Of a stretch of 64,000 bases of DNA, positions 1 to 11,400 are shown piece after piece. Numbering within the stretch: position 1 is the stretch's first letter; each line of letters starts with the position of its first letter. The stretch spans positions 1 to 64,000 of the forward strand of contig JAVHYY010000483.1 in the NCBI GenBank assembly GCA_035221665.1, in the 5' to 3' direction. The notes under the pieces are model-generated. The model had not been told where the DNA came from, did no database searches, and worked only from the letters and a program-made list of their open reading frames with translations. This stretch comes from Okamejei kenojei. Lineage: Eukaryota. Both the position numbers and the translations under genes were made by a program.

Positions 1-447
1 CTTAGAGAGCAGAGTATTCATCCCTCAATCGGGCCGGCCTCTCCACTGCCCGCCGGCACGAGTGCATGGACGCCTTCGGGCCCTGGTCCCCGAAGCTGAT
101 CGGCGAGAGAGAGCGCCGAGAGCGGCTGGCGTGCCGGGGAAACCTTACCGAACCTTCCAGAAACCTTCCAGGATCCCGCGCACCGGTAACGGCCGGCCCT
201 GGCGCCCTACTACGTCACGGCTTCTTCAACGCCCGTGTCGAGGCGGCAAGGCCAAACTCGACCTACCTCCCCCATGAGAGGTGCAGGGGAACCTTCTGCC
301 TCACCTGGAAAGGACCACATGGGGCCTTGGATAAGATAAGTGCCAATTAGGTGGAGCCGGTCGGCTTTCCACGATCGCATCTCTAAACTAAACGTAAAAC
401 ACACAAAAGGGTCCTTTAATACTGCAGCGTACATTTTATTTATGTGA

Positions 448-1127
448 TGTGAGGGAATAAAGTGATTAACCCTATTAAAGAAAGTTTTAAAGAGAATTCA
501 AACAGAGAGTGGGCTGGAGTGAGGAGGCAGATTCCTTGACAGGGGCAAAAATGTGTATGAAAATTGCCAGACACATCTTGAGGCCTTGAGTAAGATTGAG
601 ATAGCTTTGTCTCGCTCAGAGAATGGCGGGTGATGTAGAAGAAATCCCATCAGTGGAAAGGAGTGATGGATGGGACCTAGTTCACTCTTGCTAAGCTTTA
701 CAGTGCTGATATAGAAAAACCTGAGAGGGTTCACTAGCGAGGTGAGAATCAGTGGGCCCCAGGTCATGAGCAAATGAGCATGCTTAATAGAAAAATAATG
801 ATTAAGTCAACACACCCCTGGTCATGTAAGTTGCTCTTGTACCATGAACATGCAATGTATGATGTGGGAGGTCGAGGGGATGTTCGGTGGGTTGTACCTA
901 CCAGATTGTGTACCTCCGACCTCTGATTTGGAGAGAAGGTCCCGGGTAGGAGAACATGAAATGTAAGATTCTTGAGTTATAAAAGGGGATGATCCTCCTC
1001 GCTTCAGAGGTGTCTCGAGTATGGAATGAGGCCCCGGTCTGCAGACTGTAAATAAAGGAAATCTCTCCTTGCTTCTGGATTTAGTCTGTTGAGTATTTAT
1101 TGTGTGCATAATTCGGGTTATCTCACA
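448..1127 (+). repeat. ERV 5' LTR
   Basis: Starts TGTGAGGG and ends TCTCACA; TATAAAAGGGG at ~978; AATAAA at ~1052; followed by the PBS. Confidence 0.88.
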
Positions 1128-1130
1128 AAT

Positions 1131-1149
1131 TGGGGGCTCGGTCCGCGAT
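1131..1149 (+). other. Retroviral primer-binding site, tRNA-Pro type
   Basis: TGGGGGCTCGGTCCGCGAT versus canonical PBS-Pro TGGGGGCTCGTCCGGGAT, 3 nt after the LTR end. Confidence 0.85.
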
Positions 1150-4100
1150 CGCCCACTCGGCCCGCTTGGTGGAGGCAAGGAAAGAAGGGGATGGTTGCAC
1201 CCTGCTGGTATTTCCAGCAGTCTCTGATCTCCTTGGCTTGCCATCAGCAGTCTTGAGCGAGTGATATAGCTGGAAAAGACTCCGACAGCAAGGAGGGGGT
1301 GTAAGGTAAATACGTACGGTACGGTCGAGTGATTCTTGTGCAACAGGACCCAGGTAAGAAAAACGACTATTAAGTATTGCGTGGGCTGGATCGGGGTTTC
1401 GTCCTATGGACGGGAATATTCCGACAGGTAATGGAGAACCGGAATGGTATAGGATAAGGGTAGGGGAACCGGGACGGGATGAGGTCTACTGATATGGAGA
1501 CTAACATTCCCGCCCGATAGTCGTTGGGGCGAATGTTGGATTGGGTGAAGGGAAAAACACCCGGGGTAAAATGAGTCAAGGAAACTATGTGCCTCTCACC
1601 GTATGGCGGGGTGAGGAACTTTAAAAAAGGAGATGATAAATAGGTTTATTGGGAAGACCCCTTGGGACTGGTCTCGACAAATAGATCAGTTACTAGGGCT
1701 CAAAAACGTTTTTTTTGAAAATATTAAGTTGTTTCCAAACAATCTCATTGAAGTAAGAATGGAACTAATGTAAACCGGTTTTGTCTTGAATGAGGAAGTT
1801 TGTATATGCGATAGGTTTGTTTGCTGTGGCGCCACATGTTGTAAGGATTGTGTGTGTGTTCCTTTAAGGACGTGTAAAGGCTCAATGAGGGGAGGTGGTT
1901 ATTGTAAGGTAAACGGGGTAGGATTGAATCACATCGCCACCTTACAAACAAGGGGACAGTGGAAAATTGTAGTTGCTTGGCTTCTATAGATTTCTTTTCA
2001 GTACAGGTATTTGGCAAATTGTTAGTCGTTAGGTATTTGAGGGGCAAATGGTTTGTAACAAAATTAGAAATAAGTTAATTGCTCTGAACAGACAGAGCTT
2101 TTATGGTTTGTTTTGATATACATTTCTGGTTGGAGCAGGGTATTAAATTAATGGGGCCCAGAAATACAAAAAGGAGTTGGCAGCCATGACTGTCGAATTA
2201 ACGGGGAAGGTCTAGTTTACTCAGAGAAAGTCAGGATGGTCAGACAGCAGGAGAAGGGTTTGCAGGCTGATGCGCCCGACTTGAAATAACTAAACACGGG
2301 GAAGGAAGAAAAAGTATGAGAGATTAGGGAGATAAGATCAAGGGAATTAGAGATAAGGCCACGTTCCCAGGGGGGGACAGATATTTCGACGGGCTCTTTG
2401 AAATCAGCAGAACAAGGACGAACTTGACCACCCCACCCCCCAACCCCACCCACCACACGGACAGTTTGTTTTACAAAGGTTAGGAAAATGTCCAGCAGTC
2501 ATTGGGGATAGGACCCTTGATATGAATTGCAGAGGCAAAGCAGTTGTTGAAGGTTAATTTTGTAACAAAATCATGGCCAGATATTAGAAAGAACTTGGAA
2601 AAAAAATGGAAAGATTGGAATGAAAAACCCATTGAATCAGTTGTTAAACAGAGTCTCTCAAAAGTATATATGTAAGACGGGTGAGGAGAGAGAAACAGAA
2701 GGAAAGGCAAAAATGATGTTGCAAAGCAGTACAGCAAGTAGATTGGAGGACGAGGACTGGGGGAATGGATAGAGACCGAAGTCTTGGGTCCCCGCGGAGA
2801 ACAAGGAACACGGATCAGGAGTGTGGTTACATGGGCCACCCTGGTGTATTTTCATTGTAAAGAGGCAGGGTCATTTCAAGAGGGGAATGGTCCCCTAAAG
2901 CGACGACGGGAGGTGCGTCGGTACCGCAACCTACCAGGGAGGAAAGGAATAGCATAGGGGAGGCTGGGGTTGCCGCTCCCTGGGGTCGTATGGGTATATC
3001 ACACGGGAGGAAGGAACCTTTGGTTAAATTTGAAATTAGGGACCCCAGGAGAGGTTATGATACTCTTTACATGGTAGATTCGGGAGCAGAAAGATCGAGT
3101 ATATAACTAGGTTCACAGTGGAATTTGTGATTGGGCTTAAAAAAAAACAGGTATAGTATCTCAGGGATAGAAGGGAGAGAGGAGTGATGAATTACCACGT
3201 AGGTAGAAGAGGGTGGTAGATGGTATAATATGAGGATCGAGAAGTCAGTGGAAGATTTTAAAAGGACAGGTGTATAAATTTGCAATACGGAGGATAAACT
3301 TATCTGAGAGTAAGTCAGTGAGTTTTCGAATGAGAAAGAAGACAGATCAGAAAGGATTAAAGTGGAAAGCAGAGGGATGAATGATGAGGTACTGCCTTTA
3401 GAGAAACGAAATGAGCGTGTTGAAAAAGCAAAAAGACAATGTTGTCAGTAATATCCAACAAGACCTTGTTGAAGTCTGGAATAAGGATGCACCGACAACA
3501 CAGGGAGTCCTCATGACAGAGCCAAAACACCGGGGCCAGAGATATTCCTGCCATTAATAAATGTATTTGGGAGAGTGTTTTTTCAAATGCCCTGCGGGTG
3601 TGCGAAATAAATCCTGGATTTGAGGCCAGACAAGGCTAGTAGGAGATAGGTAATGGATAAGTGTCTGTTGGGGATGTGAAAGGTACCGATAATAGGAATT
3701 AATATATAATAATAATAAAAATAATACATAATACTTAAATATTGATGATTTAATCCGATCTTAATAATAATATTAGATAGATGGTGTAACATAGCTATGG
3801 TAAAAAGAACCATTAAGAAGAGGTATTAAATACACCTAGGCTAGGATGCGGCAACAAAAAAAAAAATATAAGGGGGGGGCGTTTTTATATAGCGCACGTG
3901 TTCTTTATATCAGATGCTTGTTGGCAGCAGTTTTGGAAGGTGTTGATTTAGTATGTGAATGATTGTTGTTTGTTCCACAAGTAGGGAGCAACGGAGAAAG
4001 AGACTTTTAGTATCTGGAAAAAGATGTCACAGTGGCAAGGATCAAGGAAGAAGTTTGTGTTTGTCAGCAGCAGTAGAATAGTTGAACAGTAATATCTAAA

Positions 4101-4719
4101 GAATAAAAGCTATAGCGCAGGATCAAATTGGAAGCTTGCCTGCAATCCTTGCTTATCTCAATTGGCAGAAAATTAAAGGCTTTAAGAGCAGCATAAATTG
4201 TACATGGAGTCTCATATTTTGGAGCGTAGGGGAAACAGAAAGCTTTGAGAAAAGCAACGATACCCCATCAAAGTTAGCAGTGTCCCCCTATGAATGTTGT
4301 TTTGTTACCTTATTTGAAAGGATAGAAGGAAATATACACACCATAGAGGGCAGATGTATTCTCAGGGGAACTATTTACTGGCTGTTATCTCGTTCCGCTT
4401 ACAGATTTAAAACGAAGGATTATAGGCTCAAAGCACGCCACTTAACTTTCCAATTACTGCTGTAAAGGCCCGGCACTGGTATTCTGGCAAAAATTAGGAA
4501 GGAGTGAGAAACTCCAAGCCCAGGTGACTGGACCGTACGCTAGTATTACTGGGACAACCGAGACAGCAATACGAATAAAGAAAAAGGTGGGACCCACGCG
4601 ATCTGGGTTAAAGTACCCGTCGCTCCACCTGTTCCTGAGAGGAGGAACATGGACGGTGAAGCAGGGAAGGAAATCCCCAACAGTAATTTAAAAAATTAAC
4701 AACAATGAATGAATAGACT

Positions 4720-6600
4720 GACAGTATGAAAGGAGACAGTCGGGTATTGTTTGCTATTTGTATTTAATTGATGAAAAGGTATTAATAATTGTGATAAATT
4801 GATATCATCCTTATTCTAATACATATGGTAGATAACCACAACATTTACCTATCATTCCCCATGTGAACAAAGCATGCCAGACCGAAAGAATAGAATCATA
4901 TGTAAAGAGGGGGAAAGGAGTAATTGATGGCAGGAAAATAGGGGGTAAATAGGGAAGTTTGGGGCCGTTTTACTGCCCAAGGGGAGAGAGATGGGTTTGT
5001 GTACAGTTAGTTTTCCCTTACTCAGATCATAAAAGGGGCAATAGATAAGACGAAGGAGAAGTAGTGAAAGAGATAACTAAGGTAGTATTTCACGAAGCCT
5101 CCCCCTCCCCCACATACTCAGCACAAGTGCACCAGACAGACCTGTAACGAAGAAATCAAGAAGCAGATCGAAATCCCTGAAGAAAAAAAAAAAAAAAAAA
5201 CCGTTTGTGGACTTGGCCACCATATACCTGGGACACTCTGAATGTGAACTAAACCTGTTGGGTCTGCGGAGACCGCTGATTGAATTCACAGCTGGCCATA
5301 GAGAGGATCTATTTAGTGAAAATATGTGGTGAACCTTGATGGGGTTGAACCTGAACAATTGGACAAGACCCGAGATCCCCAGGTATAGGGTCCTTGACAA
5401 GATGCTCCTGTCGGGACAGAGTGTATCGCTAGGCCCTGGGCCAAAGGAATGCCGTCCTAGTAGGCAGCAGCCCTGCCCAGCGCATCGTCACCCAGTGGCC
5501 AAATCATTCCCGAGTGAGGTGGCCAGAGGATCCAAAATTGGTATCTAACTACGAAATAGAAAAACTGCACTATTCCGGATGAGATTGAATGGAGTGGAAT
5601 CAGCCGTACTATGGAACTGCACCGGGAATACCCTTATCAGGGGAACCCAGGTATTGCGAGATATATGGAGACAAGGTTGCCTCTAGTGGTACCCGCCCCT
5701 AAGGACTTGTATATGGATAACCGGATACAAGTCATACGCGGTGTTACCAAAGAATTGAGTGGGACTTGTTTTTACTGGACTGTACAACCAGGGATTCTTC
5801 CTGTTAAACCCAAAGAGGCATTCCGATAGGAACACCTTATTTTATGAAACCTATATCGGAAAAAGAGGAAAATAACATTGGAGAATGAGGTGGTACGATG
5901 ATGAAGTGGCACCAGCAAGAATCAACACATACCACGGACCAGCCACTTTGGCACAAGATGGATACCTGGGGCTACCGACCCACATATATATGATTAAACC
6001 GGATCCAAATAGAGGCTACAGGCAGTACTGGAGTAATTAACTAACCAAACTCGGGGGCGATGGAGATGCCAGTCAAGAAGCAGCAGACGCAAATAGAGCA
6101 GCCATATACCAAGAACAGGTTAGCCCTAGATTACCTCCGGCCAGAAGAAGGTAGGGGTATGCGGGAAATTCAACCTACACCTCTCTAATTGCTGTTTGAA
6201 CATCGATGTATAATGGAACCGGCAGTTGATAGGACATATCAGAAGGGATCCGGAAGTTGCGCATGTTCCAATACAAAAGTGTGAATTCTGAATTATGGGG
6301 AACCCCAAGGAGGGATTCTATCCTCGGGAGGAACATGGTTGGAGAAACGGTGGACTTGTGTTTCTAAGTGCAGTGGCTGGACCTGATCATCATCCCCTGT
6401 TGTATCCCATGTTTTTATGGAACGTTATTACCAGAAGTATAAGTCAGATGCAGGCTTAGTCATGCAATGGGAGAGAACAGGGAAATACCAGAAAATAATG
6501 ATAATGTGACCAGGGGAAGTTTATGATTTACAGGAGTAGAAGGTTAGGACGAGTTACTCAGTTCGAATCGAAGGAACTAAAAAATGAGGGTTTAAATCAA
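4720..6600 (+). pseudogene. env: ERV env remnant (frameshifted)
   Basis: Reading across frameshifts gives WYDDE..PARI...GPAT.AQDG..GYR.., RLQAVLE, AAIYQNRLALDYL (immunosuppressive domain), GVCGKFNL..NCCLNID (CX6CC-type motif) and AHVPIQK, the pattern of ERV3/HERV-I-like envelopes. The 5' boundary is approximate. Confidence 0.8.
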
Positions 6601-6631
6601 GTGTATGCTAGCAAAAGAAAAAGGTAGGTAT

Positions 6632-7279
6632 TGTGAGGGATAAAGTGGATTGAAACCCCTATTAAAGAAAGCGAGTTTTAAAGAGAATTCAAACAGAGAG
6701 GGCTGGAGAGGAGTAATTCTTACAGCAGTGTCTGAAAATTGCAGACCCCTCCATGAGGCCTTGAGTAAGAAGAGAATAGCTTTGTCTCGCTAGAGAAGGG
6801 GTGGATGTAAGAGAAATCCCTGTCAGTGGAAAGGAGTGATGGATGGGACCACCTAGTCACATAACATAGCTTTAGTGCTGATATAGGAAAACTGGAGGGT
6901 TCACTAGGAGGTGAGCAAAAGTTGGCCAGTCAGAGCAATTGGAGCATGCGGTTATAGAAAAAATGAATATTACAACACACCCCTGGTCCAAGTAATTTGC
7001 TTCATTACCATGAACATGCAATGTATGATTTGGGAGTGTCCCGAGGAGGATGTACGGTGGGTTGTGCCTACAATAGTGCACCTCCGACTCTGATTGGAAG
7101 CAGAGGTTCCGGAGAGAAATTAATGTAAGATTTTGTGTATAAAAGGGGCTGATCTCCCCTGGCTTCAGTGTGTCTCGAGTTGGAGAAGGCACCCGTCTCA
7201 GACTCGTAAAATAAAGAAATCTCTTGCTTCCAGGATTTAGTCTTTGAGTATTTATTGTGAGCATAAAGGGTATCTCACA
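6632..7279 (+). repeat. ERV 3' LTR
   Basis: Homologous to 448-1127; preceded by the PPT AAAAGAAAAAGGTAGG. Confidence 0.88.
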
Positions 7280-7281
7280 CA

Positions 7282-7682
7282 TGGATATCCCTCAAAGACT
7301 AAATTCTTGGACAGCAAGAAGTTCTGTAATTTCCTCAAGAGTCCTGCAGACCCGGGTGCCTCTCCAAGTCGAGACATCACTGAAGCCAAAGAAGTCATCC
7401 CCCTGTGAGATATGCTTATGCTCACAATTAATGCTCAAAGAATAAATCCTGGAAGCAAGAGTTCTTTATTCCTCACGCTACTGCAGACCCGGGTGCCTCC
7501 CAATCGAGACCACACCGAAGCCAGAGAGATCATCCCCCTTTATTACACAAGAATCTTACATTCAACATCCCCTCCGATAACCCTTCTCCAATCAGGGTCC
7601 GAGGTGCAACAATCTTTAAGGTACATATCCCCTCGCAACCTCCCAATCATACCATCCGCATGTTCAAACATGTCATTGGTAA
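7282..7682 (-). repeat. Two partial inverted copies of the LTR 3' (R/U5) end
   Basis: ~7282-7403 and 7404-7682 are reverse complements of the LTR end (TGTGAGAT...GCTCAAAG...CCTGGAAGCAAGA). Confidence 0.75.
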
Positions 7683-8339
7683 TGTGAGATACCCTTTATG
7701 CTCACAATTAATGCTCAAAGACTAAATCCTGGAAGCAAGAGATTCTTTATTTTAACGAGGTCTGCAGACCCGGGTGCCTCTCCAAGTCGAGACAACACCC
7801 GAAGCCAGAGATATCATCCCCTTTATACACAAATTTTACATTCACCCCCCTCGCGGACCCTTCTCCAATCAGGGTCTGAGGTGCACAATCTGTAGGTACA
7901 ATCCCTCCGTACATCCCCTCGCACCTCCCATATGCATACATCGCTGTTCAAACATGTTCATGGTAAATTAGCAGTTTCTGACCAGGGTGTGTTGTAATAT
8001 TCATTTATTCTATTAAGCCATGCTCAGTTGCTTCATGACCTGCTAGTTTTACTCACCTCCCTAGTGAACCCTCTCATTCACTCCTATATCAGTACTAAAG
8101 CTAAGCTATATGGACAAGGTCCCATCGATCACTCCCTTCCACTGATAGGGATCTTCTCTACATCCACCCCCATCTATTCTACCTGCTATACAATGCTAAT
8201 ACTTCTTACTCAAGGACTCAAGGATGGGTCTGGCAACCTTCAGACACCGCTGTGTCAGAACCCTCTCTCCAGCCCCTCTCAGTTCGAATTCTCTTTAAAA
8301 CTCCTTACTTAATGGGGTTTAATCACATTATCCCTCACA
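7683..8339 (-). repeat. Full-length LTR in inverted orientation (same strand as the WA transcript)
   Basis: Reverse complement of 6632-7279, from TGTGAGAT (7683) to CCCTCACA (8339). Confidence 0.85.
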
Positions 8340-8358
8340 ATTATAAGAAAAACCGGTT

Positions 8359-8428
8359 CTATTTTGCATTTCCCTGTTTCAGGCCTTCGATTTTCATAAT
8401 CCTATGAACAGGGATTTCAGCCACGTTC
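8359..8428 (-). CDS. WA: WA exon 5, cytoplasmic tail [23 protein letters not shown]
   Basis: Strong polypyrimidine tract plus TGCAG acceptor; phase 2 matches exon 4; stop TAG at 8361-8359. Confidence 0.65.
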
Positions 8429-11400
8429 CTGCAGAAAATATCAAAAAGCAAAAGAGAAAACCAGGTTAGTAACGGAGCTGAACCACCGACCCGCAGTCCT
8501 GTCACGCATTTTGGTAGAGTCATGGATGAAGCTAGTCGGAGGAAAGACGCAGACTATTTTCTAAATGGGGAGCGAATCCAGAAATCGGACGTGCAAAGGG
8601 AATGCTGGTGCAGGATTCCCAAGAAAGGATAATCTGTAAGTTGAATTGGTAAAGAAAGCAAACTCAATGCTGGCATTTATATCAAGAGGGCTTGTACACA
8701 AAAATGGATGTAATGCAAAGGACATTGATTATCACAAACACCGATTGTAGTGAAATTTGACTTACCAATGCAGCACACGAATAAAGATAATGCACCACAT
8801 TACAGAATTTAACACTAAACATAAAAAAATCCCCCCACAATGGTTCCCACTGAAGGCAGCAAAGTCCAGTCCCGTCCCCAGTTCACCCATAGTCGGGCCA
8901 ACTGGGGCCTCCGCAGTCGCTGCGACGGCAGGCCGATGCCTGAGGCCCTCCCGCCGGACGGGGAAGCTCTGAGCGTCGGGTGAAACCCATCCTCAACCAC
9001 TTGGAATTCCCCCCAAGCCCGAGCTGCGACGGGCCACCTCGTCGTCAGGTCCCCAGTCTCCGGGCGTGTGAAAGCTCAGCTCCTCCCGCGGCGGAGGCGT
9101 CCGAAGCCACTCCGCGGCCCACCGCGCTGCGACCCAGACGTAGCCTCGCGCCGCCGCCAGCCTTGGTCCCCGGGAGGAACGCTACTCCAGACTGCCGGTG
9201 GCCGCGAGGAATGGGCAAAAAACGCGGCTTGGAGAAAAGCCACATTTCCGACCGGGTAGGTACTGAGAAAAATAGTTTCCCCCTTCCCCACCCCCCACAT
9301 AAAAAGACTAAACGACCTCGAAAACACACACTTTAACTAACTAAAACGTTTTTTTAAAGGGTGAAAAGACTAACAGCTGCTGGCAGGGCAGCCACACTCA
9401 ACGGCACCCCTTATAGATGCTGAGGCTCTATAAGGCGCTGGTCAGGCCGCACTCGGAGAATTGTGAGCAGTTTTGGGCCCCGTATCTGAGGAAGGAAAGT
9501 CGCCGGCTCTGGAGAGGGTCCAGGGGAGGTTTACAAGATCGATCCCCAGGAACGAGCGGGTTAATCTATGAACGGATGCTTGAAAATTCGAAGGTAGACA
9601 AAATTGCTGGAGAAACTGTGGCCTACGATGAGCGTTTATCGGACACTGAGGCCTGTTGGAGGGGGGACCTACATTGAAACTACTAGAAAATGGGCGGACA
9701 TTCTGGGGGTGGGGCCTGCTTTGAGAGGTGGGGGGACAATCCCCCCCCCATGTTTTGTAACCCGGACTTTATCGGACGCTTTCTAAGGGCTGAATCGGCC
9801 CGTTTGCGGGGCCTTTCATCGCCCGGCGCGGCTTGAAGTCAAACCGCTGCACCGAGGCGATCGAGGCTCCCGGTGTTGAAGCCCCCGTCGGCCGATGAAA
9901 GACCCCCGCGAACGGGACATTCGGGTGGGCGAAGCCGCTGTTGCTTGGAGTTCGGAGTCGGTCGCTGACCCGTCAAGCACCTGAATGCCTCGCGAGTTGT
10001 GTGTGTCGCGCATGCTTGCGCTCGGAAATCGCCTAGAAATTGTGGCCCCCTCCCCCATCCCCCCCCCACGTTTGATAGCGATATCCGTGCCTGTACAGAC
10101 TGTGGCGGCCCCGGATAGAGACGGATGTGAGATGATGTTTCCACTAGTGGGAGAGTACTAGGACCAGAAGGGCACACACGCCTCAGATTAAAGGACGTGC
10201 TTTTTTAGGAAGAGACGAGGAGGAATTCCCGTCAGCCAGAGGCGGGCGAATCTTGTGGGATGGGACTTCTTTGCTCTTCTGTGGAGGCCTCAATCAGTGG
10301 CTATCTTGAAGGCAGAGATAGACAATTCTATTCTTGATTAGTACGGGTGTCAGGGGTGACGAGGAGAAGGCAGGGGAATGGGGTTGGGAGGGAGAGATAG
10401 ATCAGCCAAGATTGAATGATGGAGTAGACTTGATGGGCCAAATGGCCTAATTCTGCTTATGGCCTTTTGACCTTACCTTTTGTGTATCTGTCTGCCCAGG
10501 TACAAAGTTACCAGTAGTCCAAGGACTCCCACGATAACTCCGACCACACAGACAGTGATCCCTGAGATGGGTGTTGGAGTCGACTGATCTGCAGAATAAA
10601 TCAAGGTGGCAAATTAATTCCTTATTACTTGCGGTCTGCATACCATTTGTCTTTTATGTTCCTGGGTATCCATCATCTCCAAGGACCTTAAGTGGGGGGG
10701 TGGGTGGGGGGGGAGAGAGAGGGGTAGAGCGGGGAGAGAGAGAAGAGAGGATGAGANNNNNNNNNNNNNNNNNNNNNNNNNNNNNNNNNNNNNNNNNNNN
10801 NNNNNNNNNNNNNNNNNNNNNNNNNNNNNNNNNNNNNNNNNNNNNNNNNNNNNNNNNNNNNNNNNNNNNNNNNNNNNNNNNNNNNNNNNNNNNNNNNNNN
10901 NNNNNNNNNNNNNNNNNNNNNNNNNNNNNNNNNNNNNNNNNNNNNNNNNNNNNNNNNNNNNNNNNNNNNNNNNNNNNNNNNNNGGGAGGTAATTGGGAAA
11001 TTCAACGTTTTTAACTTTTTCCGTCTTCGGTATAACCAGCGTCTGCAGTTCGTTTGTACAGACTTGATGGGACATTGGTGGCTTCACCTCACACTAAACG
11101 TTATTCACTTATCATGTATCTGTGCGCTGTAAACGGCTCGATTGTAATCGTGCATTGTCTTTCCGCCGGCTGGTTAGCACGCAACAAAAGCTTTTCGCTG
11201 TTCCTCGGTACACGGGACAGCAAAACAAAAACAAAACAGTTTTTGGCGGCCGCACGCGCATGGGCACACTCACACACACACATGCGCGAGGCTTCGGAGG
11301 CTCAATCCAGCGCTAAATGCAGCTCAACTCTGCCTGTCCCGCCGGGTTAACCTACAGCCCTGCCTGGACTGAAGGGACACCAGCGCTGCTTCTCCGCGCT

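Larger units (their letters stand above)
448..7279 (+). mobile_element. Endogenous retrovirus, class I/gamma-like (ERV3/HERV-I-type env), degraded; LTR-gag-pro-(shortened pol)-env-LTR
   Basis: Direct ~650-680 bp TG...CA repeats at 448-1127 and 6632-7279; PBS-Pro after the 5' LTR; polypurine tract at 6613-6631. Frameshifted remnants of a gag zinc knuckle (~2845-2895, C-F-H-C-K-E-A-G-H-F-K), protease (~3066-3100, MVDSGAERSSI), integrase C-terminus (~4525-4620, TGPY) and env TM (~5890-6280). Confidence 0.9.
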
